From: Candidatus Heimdallarchaeota archaeon
GTDB lineage: Archaea; Asgardarchaeota; Heimdallarchaeia; Heimdallarchaeales; Heimdallarchaeaceae
DNA length: 64,000 nucleotides
Assembly (NCBI GenBank): GCA_030603365.1
Contig: JAUVXV010000012.1
Span: 1 to 64,000, forward strand
Direction of reading: 5' to 3'
The position numbers and the translations under genes were made by a program. Within the stretch, counting starts at the first letter, position 1. Each line of letters begins with the position of its first letter. This document shows positions 8,501-17,792 of this stretch, one piece after another. The notes under the pieces were generated by a model that worked only from the letters and a program-made list of their open reading frames with translations, ran no database searches and was not told the origin of the DNA.

Positions 8501-10780
8501 ATGGAAGTAAATGCAATTAAATTATTGCTTAGTAATGAGGAAGTGGTCTTTGTAATTGTTAGAGACATTACTGAAAGGAAAAAAGCAGAAACAAAGATCA
8601 AATCTTCAGAAGCATTATACAAAGCACTTTTTGACAATACAGGAACTGCGATGATGCTAGCAGAAGAAGACTTTACCATAACACTAGTCAATGAACTATT
8701 TTTGGAAAAGTCAGGTTTATCACAAGAAGAATTGTTAGGGAAAAAGTGGACAGATTTTATTCAAAAAGCAGAAAAAGAAAATATAATTAAAGCTATTAAA
8801 AGGATGGTTACAGATTTTATCCCACCAATAATTTTTGAAACCTCGGAATTTTGGATACTTGGAGAAAATAAGACTTTACTGGTATCTATAGGCATTAATC
8901 CTGAAACGAGACAACACATAGCTTCGCTTATTGATATAACTGAAAAGAAGAAACTTGAAAAAGAACTCTCTACAAGTGAAGAAAAATATAGAGAGCTATT
9001 CAACAATGTTCCTATTGCTCTGAGTCAAACCAAACCTAGCGGTGAGATAGTAGAATGCAACTCTGCTTTCATCAATATTTTTGGATACAAAAATGCTGAA
9101 GAACTAAAAAAGGTCAATGTAGAGGAATTATACTTTGATCGAAGTGAACGAAAAGCAGTTCTAGCTGCAAAAGATAAAGCAGGATACTCTGAGTTTTTAC
9201 TTCAAAAGATGAAAAAGAAGGATGAAACCCCTATATGGGTGGAAATGAACTCAAAAATATCCTACGACGACAACCAAAATGTTTCACATTATGATACATA
9301 CTTGAAAGATGTAACAGATAAAAAAGAGATAGAAGAGAGGTTGAAGCAAAGCGAAGAAAAATTCAGAAGCATTTTCAACCATTCAGTTGACGGATATATG
9401 CTCCGTGATGAATATGGAATAATTCTGGAACATAACCCAATGTTACTGGAAATTTTTGGTTATGATGAAGAAGATCTAGATGGTATGGATATTACAAAAT
9501 TCGAAATGAAAGAAAATACTGAAGATTTTATGAAAATAAGAGATATGCTTGCTTCAAAAGGTCATGCTTTTCTTGAAACAAGATTCATGAAAAAGGATAA
9601 GACATGGATTTCAACAGCAGTTTCAGCAATTAAGTTTGATCTAGCTGGAAGGGATGTCGTCTTCTCAATATTAAGAGATATTTCAAAACGGAAAGAAACA
9701 GAAGAATTGTTGAAAACAAGCGAAGAAAGACTCAGAACTTTGTTTGAAAACATCCCCATTGCGATTTCAATAAATTCCTCAGAAGGTGAAAAAATAGATA
9801 TTAATCCGGCTTATTGTAAGACTTTTGGATATGCTAATAAAGAAGAATGCTTATCAAAACCTTCAACTGAGCGCTGGTTTAATCCCCGAGATCGTGAAAG
9901 GCTTTATGATTCATTACGCCAGAGGAATTTTGTTAATAATTTTGAAGCAAAACGTTTCAAAAATGATGGAAGTGAATTTTGGGGGTCAGTCTCAGCTGTA
10001 GCACATTTAGATGCTAAAGGAGAAAAAGTATATTTTATGTCAATAAGAGACATCACTACAGAAAAACAAAGAGAGGAAGATCTGAAAAAACAAACCTTGA
10101 GATATTATTTGAAAGAATCGCAATTATATCTATCTGAAGAAGAGCGACCATATATCTCAAAAGAAGCCTTTATTGATTTATTGAAAGTAGGGTATAATGG
10201 TTTAGTTCTTTCAAGATTACCTGAAACTGAATGGAAGAAAGATACAAAATATGAATTCGATTTCTTAAGATTAGCTGAAAAAGGGCATTTGAAAACTATC
10301 TCTTCCGATCTAAGCAAGATAGAACAACTTATAGAAGAACTACCCAACAAACATGTAATTGTTATTGATAGACTAGATTATCTCATTTCTAAGAATGGGT
10401 TTGAAACCACTCTGTTCTTTATCTTCAGATTAATGGACATTGCCTACCTTTCTAATCACATAATTATTGTATCACTTGATCCTGCAACTCTAAATGAAAA
10501 AGAAAGGAAATCAATGAGAAAGGAGATGCGAATAATTGAATCCGTAGCTGAAGCTTCATTACCTGAAGAACTAATCGAAATTCTGGATTTTGTTCATAGG
10601 AGGAACAATGCTGGATACAAACCTTCCTATACAGATATTGTTGAAACTTTCAAAATAAGTAGACCTACTGCAAGGAAACGAATAAAGGATTTAATTAACG
10701 ATGAGTTCATATTTGAATTAACAAAAGGAAGAAGCAAAGTTCTAGGAATAACAACAAAAGGAAAAGCTATTTTTGATTAA
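5537..10780 (+). CDS. One-component regulator: 12 PAS/PAC domains + DUF835 + C-terminal winged HTH
   Basis: Twelve PAS units ending in DIT-like motifs; DUF835-like GLVLSR...IVIDRLDYLISKNGFE...SLDPATL; LexA-like wHTH ILDFV...PSYTDIVETFKISRPTARKRIKDL...GRSK. Exact start codon uncertain. Confidence 0.9.
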   Translation: MKKGIMMCIGVISSQLLLDTADFIYVAIDVDQKVTLINRKGCEILGYSEDEIIGKNWFDNFLPKEVAGDFKSNFVRRITENKETKLAKSYTLLTKEGEERLISWHSTFFNDEEGNLVGALCSGEDITDYTRTKQMLEANERKFSKCFNHSNDGYALRKLDGTILDANLKFLELFGYKKDEVISKNIKEIELLEDSKELSRLIKEIGKEGFLQVETTARKKDGTTFPIELNGITFDLEGEKVVFNIIRDLTESRKRETVLRESEERFRGLFETAAIGMAIVDLEGKPVASNEALQKMLGYTNEELCSMTFTEFTHPDDATVDMDLYMELIAGKRKYYQIEKRYITKNKKLIWGNLTATLIRDENGEPLYGIGMVEEITQLKETIIALAESESKYRTLLESLPQKIFHKDADLKYVSCNENLANDLNIKPSEIKGKTDFDFFTSELAEKYRAEDKRIMKERKVETIEEKTVKNGKEYTSETTKIPLYDEKGESVGVIGIYYDISERVKTERELQESEEKYRSFVQNFQGIAFRRTLDFKPIFFHGAVEEITGYTEEEFVSTSLTWDKLIHPEDIVKIKELLEKLSNVPDLFNEGEYRIIHKNGEIKWINEIVRNICDEKGKPIYVQGCIHDHTERKVIEEKIKENEEKFRTLFTEMKQAYSLYEAIYDKRGDIEDAILIEANPEYEKIVNKKREEIIGKKISEIYPNLKKQEVNPIAILGRTAITGETVISEYYNKDVGKWLLAKSFSPMKDHAAILFEDITEKRKMEKELEKERKATQQYLDIVNIILTVIDANENVILVNKKGCELLGYEHEEIIGKNWFENYLPKRVREETKEIYQDLLAGKLTHSESHENLILTKDGEERLIAWDNTYIRDEEGTIVSTLSSGRDITEMNKAQKELKENEEKFRSIFNHSNDGYILRSVEGVVLEANPRFLEIFGYESTEVISTNIRLINTYETEEDHISRKQEIDEKGYAQFETFATRKDGSIFPMEVNAIKLLLSNEEVVFVIVRDITERKKAETKIKSSEALYKALFDNTGTAMMLAEEDFTITLVNELFLEKSGLSQEELLGKKWTDFIQKAEKENIIKAIKRMVTDFIPPIIFETSEFWILGENKTLLVSIGINPETRQHIASLIDITEKKKLEKELSTSEEKYRELFNNVPIALSQTKPSGEIVECNSAFINIFGYKNAEELKKVNVEELYFDRSERKAVLAAKDKAGYSEFLLQKMKKKDETPIWVEMNSKISYDDNQNVSHYDTYLKDVTDKKEIEERLKQSEEKFRSIFNHSVDGYMLRDEYGIILEHNPMLLEIFGYDEEDLDGMDITKFEMKENTEDFMKIRDMLASKGHAFLETRFMKKDKTWISTAVSAIKFDLAGRDVVFSILRDISKRKETEELLKTSEERLRTLFENIPIAISINSSEGEKIDINPAYCKTFGYANKEECLSKPSTERWFNPRDRERLYDSLRQRNFVNNFEAKRFKNDGSEFWGSVSAVAHLDAKGEKVYFMSIRDITTEKQREEDLKKQTLRYYLKESQLYLSEEERPYISKEAFIDLLKVGYNGLVLSRLPETEWKKDTKYEFDFLRLAEKGHLKTISSDLSKIEQLIEELPNKHVIVIDRLDYLISKNGFETTLFFIFRLMDIAYLSNHIIIVSLDPATLNEKERKSMRKEMRIIESVAEASLPEELIEILDFVHRRNNAGYKPSYTDIVETFKISRPTARKRIKDLINDEFIFELTKGRSKVLGITTKGKAIFD

Positions 10781-10783
10781 CTT

Positions 10784-10822
10784 CTTTTCCCTATTTTTCC
10801 ACATTTTATCATTTATATTTCT
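10784..10822 (+). promoter_or_regulatory. Phased direct-repeat motif, copy C, upstream of the hybrid kinase
   Basis: CTTTTCCCTATTTTTCCACATTTTATCATTTATATTTCT; first 18 nt identical to copy B. It may also act as a T-rich terminator. Confidence 0.65.
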
Positions 10823-10907
10823 AAATTCAGTTATAAAGATAAGGGGTTGGTAAACTAAAACGAATATCTGATAAGATTAAAATCACTTTCAAAGGATTGG
10901 GATCAAA

Positions 10908-13900
10908 TTGCCTACTAAAACAGAAAATAAGAATGAAACTGAGACGAGTTCCAATGTATTATCCGATTTTTATGGAAGGTTTGATGACTTAGGAGAAGAC
11001 CTTATGAAACTATCTTCTCAAGAGCATATTTGTACTATTTATCGAAAAGATGAAGACAAGATAGATTCTATTATGGAATTCCTTAAAACAGGCATAGTAA
11101 AAAACGAGAGAAGTGTAATTATAGTTGACAAAAAATCAAAAGAAGATATTCTAAAAAAGATGAAGTCTATAGAAGATATTAAGAATCTTCTCAATACTTC
11201 AGCTATAGTGTTCGTAGGTTCAGAAGATATTTATGGTAACAAATCTGATTTTAATCTAGCTAGAACCATTGAATCAATTGAACCTTATTTGGAAGTTCCA
11301 CAAGAAGACAACTTCAATGGTTTAAGGATAATTGTTGAAATTTTACCTCTTAAAAACAAAGACACAACTGTGAATATGAGTTTGGAATTTCATTCAAGTA
11401 TCGACAAACTCATTTCAAACAGAAATATTAATTTTTTCTGTTTATACAACGAATATAGATTCGAATCCAAAACGTTATTAGATGTTATTTTCTCGCACTC
11501 TAAGTTAATTTTTAATGGTTTTTTATGTGAAAATTCTTTTTCAATGGATCCTCAGCAGCTTCAATTAAAACTAGAAGATAGGTTAGATGACGCACTCTAC
11601 AAAAAAACTGTCTATGAGATTGTTCAAGGTGAGGTAACTAAACAAAAGAGAGTAAAAACAGATTATTACTTTCAAAAAGAAACTCTCAAAGGCATTAATG
11701 ATTCTGTCTTTATTTTAGATTTTGAAGGCAATATACTTGAAGTAAACGAAGCTGCATACACAACAAGAGGATATACAGAAGAAGAGATACTAAGTCTGAA
11801 TATTTTAGACATAATGAGCTCAGAAAACAAAGACTTATTTGATTCGAGGATCGAAGAACTAAAGGAAAAGAGGGAGATAACATTTGAAACTACTCATTAT
11901 TGTAAAAATGGAACAATATTAGATGTGGAGTTTAAAACTAAAATAATCAGTTATGATGATCAACAGTATATTTTAAGTGCTGGAAGAGATATAACAGAAA
12001 GAAAAATAGTTGAAAAAGAAGCAAAAACTAGCGAAGAAAAATACAGAAGTATCTTCAACAATGCCAATGATGCCATTTTTTTATTAGAAGAATGTGAGGA
12101 TGGTAGATTTAACAAAATCGTTGAAGCAAACAAACAAGCTGTAAAAATGTATGGCTATTCAAAAGAAGAATTATTTAAAATGAGCCCCAATGATTTTAAT
12201 GCTACTGGGTATGTTGAAACTGAAGAAACCTTAAATGAATTCTTAAAAGAAAGAAGAATAAGATTTGAAAGAACACACAAAACAAAAAATGGTAAAATAA
12301 TTAATGTTGAAATTAGTTCTCAGTTGTTTGAATTAGATGGAGAAACAGTTAGTCATGCAATGGTACAAGATATTACAGATAGAAAGAAGGCTCAAAGAGA
12401 ACTTAAAGACAGCGAAGAAAAATTCAGGATGATTTTTAATAGTGTTAATGATGCAGTGTATCTTTTTAGTATTGAAGGGAATCTGTTGCCATCCAATTTT
12501 ATTGAAATCAATGATGTTGCTTGCAAGATGCTAGGTCACACTAAAGATGAATTTAGAAAGATGTCTCCAATCGATTTAGCATCAAAGGGAAATAAACAAA
12601 GAATTTCAGAGGTTTTGAGTAAACTTACAAAGGCAGGAAACATTACTTTTGAAAGTACTCATATTACAAAAGAAGGAAAACATATCCCAGTAGAAATCAG
12701 TTCTCATACCTTCCAATATCATAACAATCAAATGGTGCTTTCAATCGTTAGAGATATTACCGAAAGGAAAAAGAGTGAAGAAAAATTAAGAAGGTTGAAC
12801 GAAGAACTAGAAGAAAAAGTTGTTCAGAGAACTTACCAAATGGAGACATTGTACAATATTATTAAGGAAATATCTGAAACCTTCGATTTAAATGAAGCAA
12901 TGAGAATTATCACAAAATATATTTCAAAATTGGTTGATTATGACATTATTTTTCAGCTGATTACCCAAGAGGAGTTAAATCACATTCATATAGAAGCGCC
13001 CAAAGGGGATAAGGGAGTAATTGATGATTTTATAAAAAACGTCAAAGAAGAATTTGCAGAACTAAATCCTGATGCTTTGAATAATCGCGATGCAACAACT
13101 ATTATAACTTCAGATAAAAAGACAATTCAAAACATATTGTCACACATATCCATACCGCTTATTGCTGAGGATAAAGTAGTTGGATATGTTGTAATAGGCT
13201 CAGAACAAAAGGATGCTTATATTGAAGAAGAGATCTGGTTCTTGTATAAAATCGCAGACAACATTTCTCATACTCTTCAAAGATTAAAAGTAATTCTAAC
13301 TGCAAAGGATGAATTAGAAACAGTTCTTAATCATACATCCGATAGCGTCATACTCATTAATAATAATGATTCGGTAGTGATGACCAACAAAGCTGGAGGT
13401 AGATTTTTAGAGTTGATTAATTGTTCAGAGACGGATGGTATAGATAATGAAATATTAAACCTTGAAGAGCTTAAAGGGATTGACAAAAAAGAATTATCTC
13501 TGTATGGTAGAACCTACTATGTTTCCATGAATCCAATTAAGACTGATTTTGTTCATGGTTGGCTTCTAATTATTCATGACATAACTGAAGAAAGAGAGCT
13601 GCAGAAGAAGATACTGCATCAAGAGAGATTAGCTACATTAGGAAAGATAACTGGTGGTATCGCTCATGATTTTAACAATATTCTTGCCACTATTATCGGT
13701 GCAGCTGATTTCTCTTTGATGAATGCTGATAATATTGAATCGAAAGAGTTTCTGAATTTAATAATCAGACAAAGCGAGAAGGGAGCATCATTGATAAGAC
13801 AGATGTTAGATTTTACTAGACAGGCAGTGATAAGACCAAAACCTATTTCTTTACTTAATTTTATAACAGAATTTTCTAGGGTAATTAGATCTTCCTTACC

Positions 13901-14753
13901 AGAAAATATCTCTCTCTCGGTTAACACTAAAGATTGGACAGTTTTCATGGACCAGGTACAATTGCAGCAAGTTTTTTTGAATCTTATATTCAATTCAAGA
14001 GATGCCATCAGTAAAGAAGGAAACATCAAAATCTTTATCGAAGAAATTGAGCATTCAAACATCATAGATTTCGAAGGAATGGAAATTGATAAAAGTCAGG
14101 ATTACATTCATTTCATGGTTGAAGACAATGGGGAAGGAATGAATAAACAAACAAAAAAGATGATCTTTGAACCCTTTTTCACAACAAAAGATCCAGGAAA
14201 AGGAAGTGGGTTAGGATTAGCACAGGTTTATGGTATTGTAAGGCAGTCAAATGGATATATCGATGTAGAAAGTGAAATGAAGTTAGGAACAAAAGTCCAT
14301 TTTTATATTCCAAAGTATGAGGGTTTAGTAGAAGAAGAGATTGTAGAAACAGCAAGATCAGGAGAAGGAAGAATTTTACTAGTTGAAGACGATGAAGACG
14401 TAAGAGAGATTACCAAAATAATGTTAGAGAACTACGGATATATAGTAGTTACTGCAGAAAACGGGAAAATAGCTCTAGATTTATATAACGATTCTTTTGA
14501 TGTAGTCTTAACAGACATTATTATGCCTGTTATGGGAGGAGAAAAACTGATTGAGAAGTTGTTAGAAATAGATCCACAAATAAAATGCTTAGCTATGACA
14601 GGATATTCAGATACGAATGTTCCAAAAGGTGTCAAAGTTCTAAATAAACCAATAACAAGTTCAAAACTAGTCAACTACATTCAAAACGAGCTTGTACAAG
14701 AAAATAGTCAAGAAAAGATAGTTCAGTATAAGAAAAGAGAGGATGGTGGTTAA
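10908..14753 (+). CDS. Hybrid sensor histidine kinase: MEDS-PAS3-GAF-PAS-HisKA-HATPase-REC
   Basis: MEDS (HICTIY...GLRII...CLYN); H-box GGIAHDFNN; N-box NLIFNSRDA; DNGEGM, FEPFFTTK, GSGLGL; receiver LLVEDD...TDIIMP...KP. Confidence 0.93.
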   Translation: MPTKTENKNETETSSNVLSDFYGRFDDLGEDLMKLSSQEHICTIYRKDEDKIDSIMEFLKTGIVKNERSVIIVDKKSKEDILKKMKSIEDIKNLLNTSAIVFVGSEDIYGNKSDFNLARTIESIEPYLEVPQEDNFNGLRIIVEILPLKNKDTTVNMSLEFHSSIDKLISNRNINFFCLYNEYRFESKTLLDVIFSHSKLIFNGFLCENSFSMDPQQLQLKLEDRLDDALYKKTVYEIVQGEVTKQKRVKTDYYFQKETLKGINDSVFILDFEGNILEVNEAAYTTRGYTEEEILSLNILDIMSSENKDLFDSRIEELKEKREITFETTHYCKNGTILDVEFKTKIISYDDQQYILSAGRDITERKIVEKEAKTSEEKYRSIFNNANDAIFLLEECEDGRFNKIVEANKQAVKMYGYSKEELFKMSPNDFNATGYVETEETLNEFLKERRIRFERTHKTKNGKIINVEISSQLFELDGETVSHAMVQDITDRKKAQRELKDSEEKFRMIFNSVNDAVYLFSIEGNLLPSNFIEINDVACKMLGHTKDEFRKMSPIDLASKGNKQRISEVLSKLTKAGNITFESTHITKEGKHIPVEISSHTFQYHNNQMVLSIVRDITERKKSEEKLRRLNEELEEKVVQRTYQMETLYNIIKEISETFDLNEAMRIITKYISKLVDYDIIFQLITQEELNHIHIEAPKGDKGVIDDFIKNVKEEFAELNPDALNNRDATTIITSDKKTIQNILSHISIPLIAEDKVVGYVVIGSEQKDAYIEEEIWFLYKIADNISHTLQRLKVILTAKDELETVLNHTSDSVILINNNDSVVMTNKAGGRFLELINCSETDGIDNEILNLEELKGIDKKELSLYGRTYYVSMNPIKTDFVHGWLLIIHDITEERELQKKILHQERLATLGKITGGIAHDFNNILATIIGAADFSLMNADNIESKEFLNLIIRQSEKGASLIRQMLDFTRQAVIRPKPISLLNFITEFSRVIRSSLPENISLSVNTKDWTVFMDQVQLQQVFLNLIFNSRDAISKEGNIKIFIEEIEHSNIIDFEGMEIDKSQDYIHFMVEDNGEGMNKQTKKMIFEPFFTTKDPGKGSGLGLAQVYGIVRQSNGYIDVESEMKLGTKVHFYIPKYEGLVEEEIVETARSGEGRILLVEDDEDVREITKIMLENYGYIVVTAENGKIALDLYNDSFDVVLTDIIMPVMGGEKLIEKLLEIDPQIKCLAMTGYSDTNVPKGVKVLNKPITSSKLVNYIQNELVQENSQEKIVQYKKREDGG

Positions 14754-15144
14754 AATCTGTTTTTGCAGAAAGAGTGAAAATCTTATTGTTAAATATAAAG
14801 AAAAGAAAAGAATTCTACTAGTAGAGGATGATGATATGTTACGTGAGATAACTGCATTAATTCTTAGAAAATTCCAATTTGACGTTCTTGAAGCTGTTAA
14901 TGGTTTCGATGCATTGCAATTGTTTGATGAGACTATTGATCTGGTCTTAACAGATATTGTCATGCCGAAAATGGATGGTATTGAACTAATTCTAGAGTTG
15001 CAAAAAAAGGATCCAGATCTGAAATGTATTGCGATAACAGGTTTTTCCAATGTAAATGTTCCAGAAGATATTGAGGTTCTTCAGAAACCAGTAGGGGGCA
15101 AAAAGCTTGCTACAATCTTAAATGAAAGACTAGCAGCAGCATAA
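14743..15144 (+). CDS. Stand-alone CheY-like response regulator
   Basis: RILLVEDD, TDIVMP, ITG and KP receiver motifs. The true start is probably downstream of 14743. Confidence 0.88.
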   Translation: MVVKICFCRKSENLIVKYKEKKRILLVEDDDMLREITALILRKFQFDVLEAVNGFDALQLFDETIDLVLTDIVMPKMDGIELILELQKKDPDLKCIAITGFSNVNVPEDIEVLQKPVGGKKLATILNERLAAA

Positions 15145-15175
15145 GAAATATCAATATAACAATGAGGTAGAAGAA

Positions 15176-15595
15176 ATGGTAGCCAAAGTATCACTAGATG
15201 ATTATGATTTCAAAAAACATAAACATAATGATAAAATAGCTCGAATCCTTCTAGTTGAAGATGATATAGAATTAAATTTAATTATTAAAATAATACTAGG
15301 AAGATTAGGATTTGAAGTCATATCTACTTCAGATGGTAGAACTGCACTGAATTTATATAATAAATCATATGATCTAGTCATTACAGACATTGTGATGCCT
15401 GAAATGGGAGGAGTAGAACTAATCCAAAGGTTAAGGGATCAAAATCCAGAATTAAGATGTATAGCAATTACTGGATACACAAATCAAGCAGTTCCTGAAG
15501 AAATACCTGTTTTGAATAAACCATTTTCAACCACATTACTATTACAATACATAAATGAAGTCTTGAATATTCAAACGACTATAGAAACTCAATAA
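15176..15595 (+). CDS. Stand-alone CheY-like response regulator
   Basis: RILLVEDD, TDIVMP, ITG, KPF; GAGGT SD upstream. Confidence 0.9.
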   Translation: MVAKVSLDDYDFKKHKHNDKIARILLVEDDIELNLIIKIILGRLGFEVISTSDGRTALNLYNKSYDLVITDIVMPEMGGVELIQRLRDQNPELRCIAITGYTNQAVPEEIPVLNKPFSTTLLLQYINEVLNIQTTIETQ

Positions 15596-15675
15596 ATGGA
15601 AATTATTGCATAATAGGTTGTCTTAATTTACTAGGTAGAGAAGATAAAAAATCTAATTGAAAATGGGGTTGAAGT

Positions 15676-17199
15676 ATGGTAAACCAAAAGAAAATAGATT
15701 ATGGAAATCAATTGTTTTCTATAAGTGAAGATATTTTCAACGAGATTAGTAAAAATATTCAAGTTGGTATTTCAATTGTAGATCATGGACATTATATCTT
15801 TATGAATAAAAAATTCAAAGAAATTTTCAGTATTACTGTTAAAGAAGAAAACAGGTCTTTCTCCATATTAGACTACATTGCACCTGAAGATGCTAACAGA
15901 ATTTACAAAATTATTGATTCATCACTTAAAACAAACCAAATGCCTACAGAACTTCAATTTTGGATTATTAGGGGAGATGGAGAAAGAAGATTCATAAACA
16001 ATAAATATACAGTCTTTAAGGGGGGAGAAAAAACTAATACTCACTTAATATTAACAATAGATTGCACTAAGCTAAAATTAACATATGATGCGTTAAGTAC
16101 GAGTGAAAAGAAACTTAGGGAATTGTTCAATAATGCGAATGATGCGATTTTCTTTTCAAGAATAAGAGGAGACGAATTTCTAAGTAATTTCATAGAAGTG
16201 AATGATTTCGCTTGTAATTTGCTAGAGTATACAAAAGAGGAATTACTTGAATTGAGTTCACTAGATATATCAGCTCCAGAAATGAAAGAAGCTAATAAAG
16301 AGATCATTCAACAAATTATAAGAGAAGAGCAAGGAACTTTTGAAACAATACTAATAAGCAAAACAGGGAAAGAAGTACCCGTTGAAATCAGGTCTAACTT
16401 TTTCAATCTAGAAGGGGAAGGAGTCATTTTTACAGTTGCTAGAGATTTAACTGAGCGAAGAAAAGCTGAAAATGAAATCAGGAATCTTAATGAATCATTG
16501 AAGATAATAAATAGCATTTTACGTCATGATTTAAACAATAACCTTTCCGTTATTAAAGGAGCAATTTCCGCTTATAATGATGTTAAAGAACATTCATTTC
16601 TGGAGATGACACTGAAAGCAACTCACAAAAGTTCTGAACTTATACAGAAGATGGGAGAATTAGAGGACGCGCTTATACAAAAGGAAAATCTAACAATACT
16701 AGATTCTGAAGATTTTCTTAATAGAATTATTTCAAGCTATTCACTCTTTAAAGTCACTTTTGAGATAGAAGGTAACGGTAGTTTTTATGTTGATGCAGCT
16801 TTTACCTCAGTAATCGATAATATAATCAATAATGCTATAAAACATGGTCAAGCTGATAAAATTAAAATTTCGATCAAATCTAGTAATGGATTTTGTACGA
16901 TTCAGATAGCTGATAATGGTTCTGGAATATTAGATGAACATAAGAATCATGTATTTGAGCGTAGTTTTAAATATGGTAAAACCGCTGGAACTGGTCTTGG
17001 GTTATATATTGTTAAGAAAAACTTGGAGCGGTATGGGGGCGAGATTACAGTCAAGGATAATTTTCCTAAGGGTACAATTTTTGAGATTAAATTGAAGAAT
17101 AGAGAAGAAAAAGGATTTAAATATAAGTATTTTCCATGTTTTTCCATGTTTTTTCACATCACTTTCAATATAGTATTATTATTTTATAGGGCATTATAA
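15676..17199 (+). CDS. PAS-PAS sensor histidine kinase
   Basis: Two PAS domains; H-box ILRHDLNN; NIINNAIKHG, DNGSGI, GTGLGL. The last ~30 codons run across regulatory motif D. Confidence 0.92.
   Translation: MVNQKKIDYGNQLFSISEDIFNEISKNIQVGISIVDHGHYIFMNKKFKEIFSITVKEENRSFSILDYIAPEDANRIYKIIDSSLKTNQMPTELQFWIIRGDGERRFINNKYTVFKGGEKTNTHLILTIDCTKLKLTYDALSTSEKKLRELFNNANDAIFFSRIRGDEFLSNFIEVNDFACNLLEYTKEELLELSSLDISAPEMKEANKEIIQQIIREEQGTFETILISKTGKEVPVEIRSNFFNLEGEGVIFTVARDLTERRKAENEIRNLNESLKIINSILRHDLNNNLSVIKGAISAYNDVKEHSFLEMTLKATHKSSELIQKMGELEDALIQKENLTILDSEDFLNRIISSYSLFKVTFEIEGNGSFYVDAAFTSVIDNIINNAIKHGQADKIKISIKSSNGFCTIQIADNGSGILDEHKNHVFERSFKYGKTAGTGLGLYIVKKNLERYGGEITVKDNFPKGTIFEIKLKNREEKGFKYKYFPCFSMFFHITFNIVLLFYRAL
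17129..17167 (+). promoter_or_regulatory. Phased direct-repeat motif, copy D, upstream of the pseudo-receiver/GTPase unit
   Basis: ATTTTCCATGTTTTTCCATGTTTTTTCACATCACTTTCA, followed by ATATAG exactly as in copy B. Confidence 0.8.
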
Positions 17200-17238
17200 A
17201 TTGAGAAAAATAATTATAGAAAGAGATGTGAAGTTAAA

Positions 17239-17760
17239 TTGAAATCGAAAATCAAAGATACCAAAAAAGAAAGAGCAACTTCGAATAATAGCATAAAAAG
17301 TTATTTGGACCTAAATTCAGAAAAATCTAACTATAAAATAATAAAGCAATTAAATGAGTTTATAAAATCTGAACTTAAGTCATTAAGATTTCGAAACAGA
17401 AAAATAATCAGAAGTGTTCTAGTTGTTGCTGGAAAATTACAAACAAGATTTCTTTGCGATTTGATTATTAAACAATATGGTTTCTCAGTCTCCACTATTT
17501 CTAATGTAGATGAACTCTTAGATATAATTGCTAGCAATTACGTAGCAATTCTTTTTGATGAAACAGACTACAATTCGAGAGATTTGAAAATTATTGAAAT
17601 AATAAAAGTGACCAGTCCAGGAGTAAAACTATTGTCATTTTCAGCAAATCCAAAATTCAATCGTCAACAAAATATTTTTCCTTCTCATAAAATAGCTTCA
17701 AAAAATAGAGTAGTAAAAGGGAGAAGTGAATTGTTATCTGAGGTATCAACTACGTTATAG
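17239..17760 (+). CDS. Degenerate receiver-fold protein (pseudo-receiver) with basic N-terminal extension
   Basis: SVLVVAG...IIKQYGFSVST...AILFD...IKVTSPGVKLLSFS follows the receiver beta/alpha pattern; the acidic DD pair is missing. Confidence 0.55.
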   Translation: MKSKIKDTKKERATSNNSIKSYLDLNSEKSNYKIIKQLNEFIKSELKSLRFRNRKIIRSVLVVAGKLQTRFLCDLIIKQYGFSVSTISNVDELLDIIASNYVAILFDETDYNSRDLKIIEIIKVTSPGVKLLSFSANPKFNRQQNIFPSHKIASKNRVVKGRSELLSEVSTTL

Positions 17761-17792
17761 AAAAGGAAAATACTATTAATGAGAGTGCAAAG

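Noticed and set aside
1200-17167. 84-bp repeats and the 39-bp motif as a CRISPR array or transposon ends
   Set aside because: The 84-bp units are in-frame and conserved at protein level. The 39-bp copies are dispersed and track gene orientation. There are no spacers, cas genes, transposase or target-site duplications.
17105-17199. Hydrophobic C-terminal tail of the kinase as a membrane anchor
   Set aside because: It is the translation of T-rich regulatory motif D, so it is most likely read-through into intergenic DNA.
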